Source: Actinomycetes bacterium
GTDB lineage: Bacteria > Actinomycetota > CADDZG01 > JAHWKV01
NCBI GenBank assembly: GCA_029263035.1
Contig: JAJCYF010000238.1
Span: 1-40,178 of the forward strand
Length of the DNA: 40,178 nt
Reading direction: 5' to 3'
How positions within the stretch are numbered: position 1 is the stretch's first letter; each line of letters starts with the position of its first letter. Made by a program: the position numbers and the translations under genes. Of the stretch, positions 31,294 to 40,178 are shown in pieces. The notes beneath the pieces were generated by a model. The model saw only the letters and a list, made by a program, of their open reading frames with translations. It did no database searches and was not told the origin of the DNA.

Positions 31294-32703
31294 ATGCCAC
31301 CGCCCAACGCTGGAGAACCCGTTTTGGATCCGCTTGCCGTTGTGGTCCTGGCCGCCGGGGCGGGTAAACGATTCCGGTCACACGTCCCCAAGGTGCTGCA
31401 CCGGGCCGCCGGCCTGCCTCTGGTGCACCACGTACTGCACGCCGCCGGCTCGCTGGACCGGGTGGAGCGGATGCTCCTGGTCGTTGGAAACGGCGCCGAG
31501 CAGGTGTCCGCCTATGCCGGGGAACACTTTCCCCAGACGGCGTTCGTCCACCAGACCGAGCTGCTCGGAACCGGTGATGCAGTCGCCCGGTGCCGGGAGG
31601 CCCTGGAGGGCTTCACCGGGACGGTTCTGGTCCTTTCCGGCGACAGCCCGCTGGTCACCGGCGACACTCTGCGCCGCCTGGCCGAGGCGCACCGGCGCTC
31701 GGGCTCGGCAGCCACGGTCCTCACCGCCGAGGTGCCCGACCCCACCGGCTACGGGCGCATCCTGCGGGACGCCGCAGGGGAGGTGTTCGACGTGGTGGAG
31801 GAGCGGGACGCCTCCGAGGAACAGAGAAAGGTCACCGAGATCTCGAGCGGAATCTGGTGCTTCAAGCCCGCCCCCCTGTTCGACGCTCTCAGCCGGATCG
31901 ACAACGACAACGCCCAGGGCGAGTACTACCTTCCCCAGGCGGCACTGCTTATCGCCCGCGACGGCGGGGGGCTGGGTTCGGTTTCAACCTCGGACCCTGC
32001 CGAGATCGAGGGGGTAAACGACCGGCTGCAGCTAGCGGCCGCAGCCAAGGTGCTCTGGCGGCGCAAGGTCGCCGAGCTGGCGGCTTCCGGGGTGACGGTG
32101 GAGGATCCGGAGACGACGTACGTCGACGTGAGCGCCTCCGTGCAGCCGCATGCGGTGCTGAGGCCCCTGACCTTTTTGGAGGGCAATACCCGGGTGGGCG
32201 AAGGCTGTCTGATCGGCCCGTCTACCCGCCTGGTCGACTCGGTCGTGGAATCCGGCGCCGAGGTCACGTTCGCAGTGGTCAAGGAGTCGTTTATCGGTCC
32301 CGGCACCTCGGTGGGGCCGTTTGCGTCGCTGCGCCCGGGGACGCGGATGGAAACGGGGTCGAAGATCGGAACCTTTGTGGAGACCAAGAAGTCGACCATC
32401 GGTGAAGGCTCCAAGGTCCCGCACCTGTCCTACATCGGCGACGCCGACATCGGCAGGGGGGTGAACCTCGCGGCAGGAACCATCACCGCGAACTACGATA
32501 CCGAGAGCAAGGTAAAGTCTCGGACGGTTGTGGAGGACGGTGCGTTCACCGGGTCGGACACGACTCTGATTGCCCCGGTTCGTGTCGGGCGCAACGCCGG
32601 TACCGGCGCCGGGTCGGTGGTCACCAAAGACGTCGAGGACGGGCAGATTGTCGCCGGTGTGCCGGCCAGGCCATTTAGGAAACGAAAGCTGGAGCAGGCG
32701 TAA
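31294..32703 (+). CDS. glmU: bifunctional GlcNAc-1-P uridyltransferase / GlcN-1-P acetyltransferase
   Basis: VVVLAAGAGKRFRSHVPKVLH nucleotidyltransferase motif. The C-terminal left-handed beta-helix has hexapeptide repeats (GEGSKVPHLSYIGDADIGRGVNLAAGT). The tracked start 31273 overlaps the tRNA. ATG 31294 or TTG 31324 (GGAGAA upstream) are the plausible starts. Confidence 0.93.
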   Translation: MPPPNAGEPVLDPLAVVVLAAGAGKRFRSHVPKVLHRAAGLPLVHHVLHAAGSLDRVERMLLVVGNGAEQVSAYAGEHFPQTAFVHQTELLGTGDAVARCREALEGFTGTVLVLSGDSPLVTGDTLRRLAEAHRRSGSAATVLTAEVPDPTGYGRILRDAAGEVFDVVEERDASEEQRKVTEISSGIWCFKPAPLFDALSRIDNDNAQGEYYLPQAALLIARDGGGLGSVSTSDPAEIEGVNDRLQLAAAAKVLWRRKVAELAASGVTVEDPETTYVDVSASVQPHAVLRPLTFLEGNTRVGEGCLIGPSTRLVDSVVESGAEVTFAVVKESFIGPGTSVGPFASLRPGTRMETGSKIGTFVETKKSTIGEGSKVPHLSYIGDADIGRGVNLAAGTITANYDTESKVKSRTVVEDGAFTGSDTTLIAPVRVGRNAGTGAGSVVTKDVEDGQIVAGVPARPFRKRKLEQA

Positions 32704-33711
32704 ATGCAGATTTCCGTGAAGAAGCGGGCGATGATCTTTTCCGGGACCTCCAACCCGGAGCTGGCGGAGGAGATCGCCGTCCACCTGGGGATGCGCCTGG
32801 GCGAGGTTGAGGTCAGCCGGTTCGCCTCCGGCGAGGTCTACGTCCGGTTCCACGAATCGGTGCGCGGTACCGACGCCTTCGTTGTCCAGAGCCACTGCCA
32901 CCCGGTCAACGAGATGATCATGGAGCAGCTGTTCATGATCGACGCCCTCAAGCGCGCCAGCGCGAAGCGCATCAACGCCGTCATCCCCTTCTACGGCTAC
33001 TCCCGGCAGGACCGCAAGTCCCTGGCGCGGGAGCCCATCTCCGCCCGGCTGGTCATGGACCTGCTGGCGGCGGCCGGTGCGGACCGGGTGTTAACCGTCG
33101 ACCTGCACAGCGGTCAGACCCAGGGGTTCTTCGACGGCCCGGTCGACCATCTGACCGCCCTGCCGATTCTCTCCAAGTACGTCGAACTCAACTACCCGGA
33201 CAACCTGGTCGTTGTAGCTCCCGACGCCGGCCGGGCCGGCCACGCGGCCAAGTTCGCCCGCCACCTTCGGGCCGACATCGCAGTGATGAACAAGAGCCGC
33301 CGCACCGATGTGCGCAACGTCAGCCAGACGGCCGGTCTCATCGGCGACGTGGAGGGCAAGATCTGCCTGGTGGTCGACGACATGATCGACACCGCCGGCA
33401 CCCTGTGCGGCGGGGTGGTCGAGCTGATGAACAAGGGTGCTAAGGAGGTCATCGCGGTCGCCACGCACGGCATCTTCTCCGGAGAGGCGATGAAACGAAT
33501 CGAGGACTCTCCCCTGAGGGAGGTCATCGTCACCAACACCCTGCCCTCGGTGCTGGACTCGCCGTCGGAGAAGATCACCGTTCTGTCGATAGCCACGATC
33601 CTGGCCTCCACCATCAAGGCGGTGTTCGAGGACGAGTCGGTATCGGAGATCTTCCAGGGCGAGCACCTTGAGGCGATCCCGCCCGAACGGGTCATCGGGG
33701 GAATGGATTGA
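32704..33711 (+). CDS. prs: ribose-phosphate pyrophosphokinase
   Basis: IFSGTSNPELAEEIA, PFYGYSRQDRK and the PRPP-binding loop LVVDDMIDTAGT. Confidence 0.95.
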   Translation: MQISVKKRAMIFSGTSNPELAEEIAVHLGMRLGEVEVSRFASGEVYVRFHESVRGTDAFVVQSHCHPVNEMIMEQLFMIDALKRASAKRINAVIPFYGYSRQDRKSLAREPISARLVMDLLAAAGADRVLTVDLHSGQTQGFFDGPVDHLTALPILSKYVELNYPDNLVVVAPDAGRAGHAAKFARHLRADIAVMNKSRRTDVRNVSQTAGLIGDVEGKICLVVDDMIDTAGTLCGGVVELMNKGAKEVIAVATHGIFSGEAMKRIEDSPLREVIVTNTLPSVLDSPSEKITVLSIATILASTIKAVFEDESVSEIFQGEHLEAIPPERVIGGMD

Positions 33712-33758
33712 AACGAGCGGACGCGAGACCGCCCTTTAGCGGGTACACTTCATAACTC

Positions 33759-34412
33759 ATGGAGATCACGCTGGATGTAAAGCCGCGCACTGAGACGGGT
33801 AAAGGCCCCGCCTCCCGCTACCGCGCGTCCGGTCTGGTCCCCGCAGTTTTCTACGGTCCCTCGGCCGAGCCGGTGTCGCTGCTGGTCGACGCCAGGCAGA
33901 TGAGCCAGGCCCTGCACACCGAGGCCGGCGGCAACGTCCTCATCAACCTCAACGTTGAAGGCACCTCCCGCCTGACGGTTGCCCGTGAGGTACAGCGCCA
34001 CCCCATCCGGGGCACCATCCTTCACGTCGACTTCGTCAACGTCGCCCGTGACCGCAAGATCGAGGCTCAGGTTCCGCTTCATCTGGTCGGAGACTCGCAC
34101 GGCGTACACGAGGGTGGAGTGCTGGACCAGCACATGCACGAACTCCATGTCGAGGCTGTCCCCACCGACATCCCGACCGCCATCGAGATCGACATCTCCG
34201 GTATGGGTATCGGCGACACCATCCACGTGAGCGACGTCAAGGCTCCGAGTGGAGTCGAGATCCTCACGCCGGCCGAAGAGATGATTGCAGCAGTTGTCGA
34301 GCCCAGGGTCGTCACCGAGGAGGAGCTCACGGGCATTGCTCCGGTCGAAACGGAAGCGGAGCTTGCAGAGGCCGCCGCCCAGGAACCCTCCGAAGGCTCC
34401 GAAGAGTCTTAA
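33759..34412 (+). CDS. rplY: 50S ribosomal protein L25/general stress protein Ctc
   Basis: The N-terminal L25 fold has LRASGLVPAVFYG...NVLINLNVEG...REVQRHPIRGTILHVDF. It has a C-terminal acidic extension. It lies in the conserved position between prs and pth. Confidence 0.9.
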   Translation: MEITLDVKPRTETGKGPASRYRASGLVPAVFYGPSAEPVSLLVDARQMSQALHTEAGGNVLINLNVEGTSRLTVAREVQRHPIRGTILHVDFVNVARDRKIEAQVPLHLVGDSHGVHEGGVLDQHMHELHVEAVPTDIPTAIEIDISGMGIGDTIHVSDVKAPSGVEILTPAEEMIAAVVEPRVVTEEELTGIAPVETEAELAEAAAQEPSEGSEES

Positions 34413-34481
34413 GGCTTTGACGGCCTGCCCACCGAGCCGGACCCCGTAACGCCCCCCTTCCGAAGATCCAAGGACCAGGTC

Positions 34482-35093
34482 ATGTCTTCCGCGGAACCCG
34501 TCTGGCTGCTGGTCGGTCTCGGCAACCCCGGCACCAAGTACGAGTACACCCGGCACAACGCCGGTGCCCGCGCCGTGGAGAAGCTGGCGCGCAAATTTGG
34601 GGTGAGGATGCGCTCCACTCGCTCGGTAGCCCACCTCGGCGAGGTGAACGACGACGGTGTCCGGCTGTTGCTGGCCCGGCCCTCGACTTATATGAACGAG
34701 AGTGGACGAGCGGTTGCCGTTCTGGCCAACCTGAAGCGGGTGGCCCCCGAGAACATCATTGTGCTGCACGACGAGATCGACCTTCCCTCCGGGGCTCTCA
34801 AGGTGAAAATCGGGGGTGGAAGCGCCGGGAACAAGGGAATTGAATCGGTAGCCCGGTCGTTGGGTACAAAGGACTTCTACCGGGTGCGCATCGGCGTCGG
34901 GCGTCCCCCCAACCCGTTCCAGCAGGCGGCAGGCTTCGTGCTGGAGCCCCTGTCGAAGGCGGCGGCGCTGGAGCTGTTCAAACTGGAGGACCGGGCCGGC
35001 GAGGCGGCGCTATCGCTGGTGCACGACGGTCTGGAGGCCACTATGAACCGGTTCAACACCTCAACCGGAGTAACCAAAGCCGACGATGAATGA
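34482..35093 (+). CDS. pth: peptidyl-tRNA hydrolase
   Basis: LLVGLGNPGTKYEYTRHNAG, STYMNESG, LHDEIDLPSG, GGSAGNKG. Confidence 0.93.
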   Translation: MSSAEPVWLLVGLGNPGTKYEYTRHNAGARAVEKLARKFGVRMRSTRSVAHLGEVNDDGVRLLLARPSTYMNESGRAVAVLANLKRVAPENIIVLHDEIDLPSGALKVKIGGGSAGNKGIESVARSLGTKDFYRVRIGVGRPPNPFQQAAGFVLEPLSKAAALELFKLEDRAGEAALSLVHDGLEATMNRFNTSTGVTKADDE

Positions 35094-38000
35094 CCTGCTG
35101 AAGGCCTGGGACCCGTCCGGGCTACTCGACGAGCTGCTCGGCCAGGGCGGAGGCGGCGTGCCCGAGGTGGCGCGCGCCTTTACCGTGGCCGGCCTGGCCC
35201 GGCAAGCCCCGGTCCTGCTGGTGGTGCTCCCGCGCAGCCGGGACGCGGAGATCTTCACCGAGGCCCTGAAGGTGTGGATGGACCCCTCCGAGGTGGCGCT
35301 GTTCCCCGCCTGGGAGGTGCTTCCCGGCGAGGCGATGTCCCCGACCCTGCAAACCATGGGGCGCCGGATCAAGGTTCTAAGGGACCTGGGGGCCGGAAGG
35401 TCTCCGGCGGTCATTGTCGCTTCGGTGCGGGCGCTGGTCCAGGCGGTGGCCGAGCCGCCCGCCGACGCCATAGAGCTCTCGGTCGGCGCCGAGGTGTCGC
35501 TGGACGACACCGTCGCCCGGCTGGTCGAGTACGGATTCGAGCGCAACTACCTGGTGGAGCGCCCGGGCGAGTTCAGTGTCCGGGGGGGCTTGCTGGACGT
35601 CTTTCCCGCCGACGCCGGCGATCCGGTGCGGGCGGAGTTCTTCGGCGACGAGGTCAGCGATCTCCGCAGCTTCTCGGTTTCCAGCCAGCGCAGCGGCGCC
35701 CACCTCAAGAGCATCGAGATCACCCCCTGCCGCGAGCTGCGCCTGGACGACCGGGTCCGCGCTCGGGCTGCCGCCCTGCTGGACTCGGCTCCCGAAGGGT
35801 CGGACCTGCAGGGCGACCTGACCAGGATTGCCGAGGGCGTGGTGTTCCCGGGCATGGAGGCGTACCTGGCCCTTGTGGCCGGACCGCTCAAGCCGGTCAC
35901 CGACCTGCTGCCCGACGGGGGCAGGCTGGTGTTGTGCGACCCCAAGCAGATCTTCGATCGCAGCACCGACTTCCTGGAGCAGGCTGCCGAGTGGGGATCG
36001 AGCCAGACCGAGGGGCTTTTTGTCCCCCTGGACCGGATTACCGGGGATTCGGAAACCGTCGAGCTGTGGGCCTACGGTCGGGGCGAGGAGGGCCTCGACC
36101 TTGACGTGACCGGCTGGGACGAGCAGACCGGTCGGGTCGACCGTCTGGCGGCCGCCCTGCAGGACGTTCTTTCTGCGTCGGGCAGCGTGGTCGTCGCCGC
36201 CGGCTTCAGTGCCTCGCGGGCTCAGCAGATCCTCTCCGAGGCCGGGCTGGGCCTGCCCATCGCCCCGCCCGAGCTGGGCAAGGGCGTTGTCAGCGAGCAT
36301 TCGGTCGGCAAGGGTTTCTTGCTCCAGCTCCCCAACTCGGCGCCGGTTGCCGTGGTCGGCGAGAGCGACCTGTTCGGCCGCCGCCGGCCGGTGGTGGCCT
36401 CCGGCCCGCAGGCTCCCGCCCGGGCGTCCGCCCTGCTGCTGCAGCTGGCGGCCGACGACTACGTCGTCCACGACACCTACGGAGTCGGGCGGTACCACGG
36501 GATGCTCACCCGGGAGGTGGCCGGCATCAGCCGGGACTACCTGGTGATCAGCTACTCCGCGGGCGACAAGCTGTACCTGCCGACCGAGCAGCTCGACGCC
36601 ATCACCAAGTACACCGGCGGCGAGTCGCCCCGGCTCAACCGCCTGGGAACCGGCGAGTGGGAGAAGTCCAAGGCCAAGGCAAAAAAGGCGGTGCAGGACA
36701 TCGCCAAGGACCTGATTCGCCTGTACTCCACCCGGATCCGCTCGGAGGGCTTCCGCTTCTCGCCCGACACCCCGTGGCAGGCGGAGCTGGAGAACGCCTT
36801 CCCGCACATGGAAACTCCGGACCAGCAGCGGGCGATCGGCGCGGTCAAAGAGGACATGGAAAAGCCCATCCCGATGGACCGGCTGGTCTGCGGCGACGTC
36901 GGTTTCGGCAAGACCGAGGTTGCCGTCCGGGCGGCCTTCAAAGCGGTCCAGGACTCCAAGCAGGCGGCGGTCCTGGTTCCCACGACGATCCTGGCCCAGC
37001 AGCACCACCAGACCTTCTCCGAGCGCTTTGCCGGCTTCCCGGTGAAGGTCGCCCAGCTATCCCGATTCCTGACCCCCGCCCAGCAGGCCGCAGTCCTGGA
37101 GGAGGTTGCGGCCGGCAAGGTCGACGTGGTGGTCGGCACCCACCGCCTGCTGCAGCCCGACGTCAAGTTCCACGACCTCGGACTGCTCGTGGTGGACGAG
37201 GAGCAGCGCTTCGGCGTCAAGCACAAAGAGAAGATCAAACACCTGCGGGAGAACGTCGACGTCTTGACCATGACCGCCACGCCCATCCCGAGGACCCTGG
37301 AGATGGGGGTTACCGGAATCCGGGACCTGTCGCTTATGGACACGCCGCCCACCGACCGCCGGCCGGTCATGACCTTTGTCGGCGACTTCGACGCTCGGAT
37401 GGTCACTGCCGCGATCCGGCGGGAGCTGGCACGCGACGGCCAGGTGTTCTTCGTCCACAACCGGGTTTCCTCCATCAAGTCGGCCGCCCGGCGGATCGCC
37501 TCACTGGTGCCCGGAGCCCGGGTGGAGACCGCCCACGGCCAGATGTCCGAGGGTGAGCTGGAGAAGATCATGGTCGACGTATGGGACGGCAAGATCGATG
37601 TGCTGGTATGTACGACGATCATCGAGTCCGGTCTGGACATCCCGGCGATGAATACCCTGATAGTGGAAAGGGCCGACCTGCTGGGACTGTCGCAGCTCTA
37701 CCAGCTGCGCGGCCGGGTCGGACGCGCCCGGGAGCGGGCCTACGCCTACTTCTTCTACCCCCACGAGACGGTGCTGACCGCCGAGGCCCACGAGCGTCTG
37801 AAGACGCTTTCCGAGTACACCGAGCTCGGCAGCGGCTTCAAGATTGCTCTGCGGGACCTGGAACTGAGGGGCGCCGGCAACCTGCTGGGGGCCGAGCAGT
37901 CGGGACATATCGCCGCCGTCGGTTTCGATCTGTACATGCGGATGATGACCGAAACCATCGAGGAGCTCACCGGCCGGTCGCCCGAACCCAAGCTGCAGAT

Positions 38001-38421
38001 CAAGCTCGACATCCCGGCCGACGCCTACATCCCCGCCGACTACATCCAGCGGGAGTCGCTGCGGATGGAGGCGTACCGCCAGATCGAGCAGGTGCGGGCT
38101 CCGGAGGACGTCGTCGCCCTGATTGAGGAGTTCACCGATCGCTACGGCCCGGTACCCAAGCCGCTCGGCACCCTGCTGGTGGTGGCCGAGCTCAGGGCCT
38201 ACCTGGCGGAGAAGGGGATCACCGAGGCCGGGGTGCGCAACGGCCTGATGAAGCTGCGCCCGCTTCCCGAGCTGCGGGACTCCCAACAGGTCCGCCTGCG
38301 GCGCAAGTACCCCTCTGCGGTGTACAAGGAGGTCTCCGGAACCCTTCTGCTAAACGTCCCGGCGGGCGATACTGCGCGGTGGGTACTGGACACACTCCGT
38401 GATATTCTCGATCCTCAGTGA
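35086..38421 (+). CDS. mfd: transcription-repair coupling factor
   Basis: 1111 aa. RNAP-interaction domain (DYVVHDTYGVGRY), SF2 translocase motifs (GDVGFGKTEVA, VVDEEQRFG, TATPIPRTL, QLRGRVGR) and a TRG-type region. Confidence 0.95.
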   Translation: MNDLLKAWDPSGLLDELLGQGGGGVPEVARAFTVAGLARQAPVLLVVLPRSRDAEIFTEALKVWMDPSEVALFPAWEVLPGEAMSPTLQTMGRRIKVLRDLGAGRSPAVIVASVRALVQAVAEPPADAIELSVGAEVSLDDTVARLVEYGFERNYLVERPGEFSVRGGLLDVFPADAGDPVRAEFFGDEVSDLRSFSVSSQRSGAHLKSIEITPCRELRLDDRVRARAAALLDSAPEGSDLQGDLTRIAEGVVFPGMEAYLALVAGPLKPVTDLLPDGGRLVLCDPKQIFDRSTDFLEQAAEWGSSQTEGLFVPLDRITGDSETVELWAYGRGEEGLDLDVTGWDEQTGRVDRLAAALQDVLSASGSVVVAAGFSASRAQQILSEAGLGLPIAPPELGKGVVSEHSVGKGFLLQLPNSAPVAVVGESDLFGRRRPVVASGPQAPARASALLLQLAADDYVVHDTYGVGRYHGMLTREVAGISRDYLVISYSAGDKLYLPTEQLDAITKYTGGESPRLNRLGTGEWEKSKAKAKKAVQDIAKDLIRLYSTRIRSEGFRFSPDTPWQAELENAFPHMETPDQQRAIGAVKEDMEKPIPMDRLVCGDVGFGKTEVAVRAAFKAVQDSKQAAVLVPTTILAQQHHQTFSERFAGFPVKVAQLSRFLTPAQQAAVLEEVAAGKVDVVVGTHRLLQPDVKFHDLGLLVVDEEQRFGVKHKEKIKHLRENVDVLTMTATPIPRTLEMGVTGIRDLSLMDTPPTDRRPVMTFVGDFDARMVTAAIRRELARDGQVFFVHNRVSSIKSAARRIASLVPGARVETAHGQMSEGELEKIMVDVWDGKIDVLVCTTIIESGLDIPAMNTLIVERADLLGLSQLYQLRGRVGRARERAYAYFFYPHETVLTAEAHERLKTLSEYTELGSGFKIALRDLELRGAGNLLGAEQSGHIAAVGFDLYMRMMTETIEELTGRSPEPKLQIKLDIPADAYIPADYIQRESLRMEAYRQIEQVRAPEDVVALIEEFTDRYGPVPKPLGTLLVVAELRAYLAEKGITEAGVRNGLMKLRPLPELRDSQQVRLRRKYPSAVYKEVSGTLLLNVPAGDTARWVLDTLRDILDPQ

Positions 38422-39500
38422 GATCCAGAACCCGCCTCTCCCTCCTCCTTGCCGGTGCCCTGTTCCTTTCGGCATGCGGCGGCGAGACCAGCCTCGATGA
38501 CCAGGGCAGCTACTTTGCCCCCACCGCCGCCGTCGTTTGCGGTGAGGTGAACTGCGAGAAGATTCCCGAAAGCCGGATCAACAGCCGGCTGGCGTCGGTG
38601 GTGAAGGATCCCACGACGGCCAACGTCTTCAAGGGGCCGGAGGGAACCTCCAACCGGCTGGATGCCCAGCGGGAGATCCTGGGCGAGCTGATCCGCCAGG
38701 AAGTCGGGCTGCAGATGGCCCGCACCATGAAGATCACCACCGACCAGGCGGATATCGATGCCCGGTTCAACAACGTCAAGGCCGGGTTCGACGGCGAAGG
38801 GGCCTTCAAGGAGGCGCTCAAGACCGAGGGCCTAACCGAACAGGAGCTGAAGAGCTTTCTGGCCAACGAGAGCATTCTGGCCCGGGTTCGTGAAACGGTC
38901 GGAAAGAACGCCAGGGCCAGTGATGCCGAGATCGAGCAGTACTACCAGCTGAACAAGTCGCAGTTCGACGAGCAGGTCAAGGTCGCCCACATCGTGGTCT
39001 GCGGCAACTTCGACGCCGAACAGCGCACCTGCAGCGTAAGCCCGGCCGACCAGGAGCGGGCCAAGAACATCGTTAGCCGGGCCCGCAACGGAGACGACTT
39101 TGGGGCGATGGCGCGGGAGTTCTCGGTGGACGCGGTGAGCAAGGAGCGGGGCGGAGAGCTGGAGTTCTTCTCCCGGGGAGATGTCGTCCCCGAGCTGGAG
39201 GAGGCGGCCTTCGGCATGTTCCAGGTGGGCGACATCTCCGAGCCGGTCCAGACGCCGTTCGGATTCCACGTACTGAAGCTTCTGGCCGTCGGCCGACCCT
39301 TCGAGGAGGCCAAACCCCAGATCGCCAACGCCCTGGCCACGCAGAAAGCCAACGCCGCGTTCGAGGAGTGGTTGATCGACGCAGTCAAGGCCTCACGGGT
39401 AAAGGTCAACCCCAAGCTGGGGGTCTTCGACGAGATCACCCAGTCGGTGATACCGAGGTCTGTCCAGCAGGCCCAGGGCGCAGCCGGCTCCGCACCCTAG
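38418..39500 (+). CDS. SurA-N + parvulin-type peptidyl-prolyl isomerase lipoprotein
   Basis: Signal/lipobox LLAGALFLSAC. PpiC domain VKVAHIVV...DDFGAMAREFSVD...GGELEFFSRGDVVPELEEAAF...TPFGFHVLK. GTGA overlap with the mfd stop. Confidence 0.85.
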   Translation: MRSRTRLSLLLAGALFLSACGGETSLDDQGSYFAPTAAVVCGEVNCEKIPESRINSRLASVVKDPTTANVFKGPEGTSNRLDAQREILGELIRQEVGLQMARTMKITTDQADIDARFNNVKAGFDGEGAFKEALKTEGLTEQELKSFLANESILARVRETVGKNARASDAEIEQYYQLNKSQFDEQVKVAHIVVCGNFDAEQRTCSVSPADQERAKNIVSRARNGDDFGAMAREFSVDAVSKERGGELEFFSRGDVVPELEEAAFGMFQVGDISEPVQTPFGFHVLKLLAVGRPFEEAKPQIANALATQKANAAFEEWLIDAVKASRVKVNPKLGVFDEITQSVIPRSVQQAQGAAGSAP

Positions 39501-39513
39501 AGCGCTAATCCCC

Positions 39514-40178
39514 TTGACCCAAGGCCAAACGCCGGACCTCACCGGTTCGGCGACCGCCGGGCGTGCCGGTCCGGCCTTCGAACGGCTGGTTGCCATCATG
39601 GCCCGCCTGCGAGCACCGGGCGGCTGCCCCTGGGACGCCGAGCAGACCCACCGGTCCCTCGCCGTCCACCTGCTGGAGGAGGCGCACGAGACGCTGGACG
39701 CCATCGACTCCGGAAGCATGACGGACCTGGAGGAGGAGCTTGGAGACCTGCTGTTGCAGGTGGTGTTTCACGCCGAGATTGCAGCCGAGACCGGCCAGTT
39801 CGAGGTCGGAGACGTAATCGACGGCCTGGTGAAGAAGCTGGTCGACCGGCACCCCCACGTCTTCGGGGAGGTCCAGGTGAGCGGTTCGGCCGACGTGGTG
39901 GCGAACTGGGAGACGCTAAAGAAGGCACAGAAGGGGCGCACGAAGCTGGACGAGGGCCTGCCGAAGGGTCTGCCGGCACTGGTCTACGCCCACAAGGTGC
40001 TGCGCCGGGTGTCCGGGGTGGGCCACGAGTTCGACGCATCACCGGAGCGCCTGGCGAAGCTGTCTGAAGCTTTTGACGGCGAGGTGACAGAAGAGTCGGT
40101 GGGCGACCTGCTTTTGGAGGTGGTGGCCTTGGCGGGAACGGCCGGGATCGACCCGGAGGGAGCACTGCGCCGCCGGTC
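39514..40178 (+). CDS. mazG: nucleoside triphosphate pyrophosphohydrolase MazG (3' end outside window)
   Basis: The frame is open to the right edge, so it is not in the ORF track. It reads AFERLVAIMARLRAPGGCPWDAEQTHRSLAVHLLEEAHETLDAID...EELGDLLLQVVFHAEIA, which are the MazG signature helices. TTG 39514 is the first in-frame start after the upstream stop. Confidence 0.85.
   Translation, partial: MTQGQTPDLTGSATAGRAGPAFERLVAIMARLRAPGGCPWDAEQTHRSLAVHLLEEAHETLDAIDSGSMTDLEEELGDLLLQVVFHAEIAAETGQFEVGDVIDGLVKKLVDRHPHVFGEVQVSGSADVVANWETLKKAQKGRTKLDEGLPKGLPALVYAHKVLRRVSGVGHEFDASPERLAKLSEAFDGEVTEESVGDLLLEVVALAGTAGIDPEGALRRR

Noticed and set aside
35377-37008. A 543-aa ORF antisense to mfd. Similar long antisense ORFs are at 28657..29772, 33750..34769, 26925..27947, 32032..32901 and 37501..38286.
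   Set aside because: All lie opposite genes with unambiguous conserved motifs (mfd, ispE/rsmA, rplY/pth, the G5 protein, glmU). All have Arg/Gly/Pro-rich shadow composition.
1-40178. A look for CRISPR arrays, long tandem or inverted repeats, IS elements and rRNA.
   Set aside because: None were seen by eye. Only short repeats were found, as reported above. A computational repeat search could still reveal dispersed repeats I missed.

Overview
This is a visibly GC-rich chromosomal segment (GC content not computed). Gene content and synteny look like Actinomycetota: F420/split-barrel enzymes, a class E sortase homologue, and an rpfB-position gene followed by rsmA(ksgA)-ispE, then tRNA-Gln-glmU-prs-rplY-pth-mfd-mazG. 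That taxonomic placement is an inference.

Layout:
- 1-7.0 kb: a polar amino-acid ABC uptake operon, an AT3-SGNH O-acyltransferase and a UvrD-like helicase with a perfect LexA box.
- 7-26.8 kb: a mixed accessory stretch of secreted, lipoprotein and stress genes. It holds low-complexity secreted proteins, a metalloprotease-PPC-RCC1 fusion, a cytochrome P450 behind a small repeat-bearing peptide gene, tRNA-Arg, TspO, a cupredoxin, YceI, an OmpR-type two-component system, CutA, a DksA-like protein, F420-type reductases and an AlkD-like protein.
- 26.8-40.2 kb: a conserved housekeeping block.

I saw no rRNA, CRISPR array, transposase, integrase or prophage genes.

Most unusual items, none verified by any search:
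1. A 71-aa acidic peptide with two LG(G/D)LYTAP repeats, separated from the P450 only by a terminator/attenuator hairpin. This is a speculative P450-linked peptide cassette.
2. A sortase-fold protein lacking both the catalytic His and Cys, fused to a Pro-rich linker and a DDDGDG/Cys tail.
3. An RpfB-architecture protein whose Rpf domain is replaced by an RlpA-type DPBB domain.
4. 11-bp phased GTGAGA/GTTAAG repeat arrays upstream of both the response-regulator operon and the neighbouring yceI unit.
5. A Zn-protease/RCC1 propeller fusion.

Many long ORFs in the supplied track are antisense shadow ORFs typical of GC-rich DNA and were not called. All start codons are judged by eye from Shine-Dalgarno (SD) motifs and N-terminal sequence logic, so they carry uncertainty.
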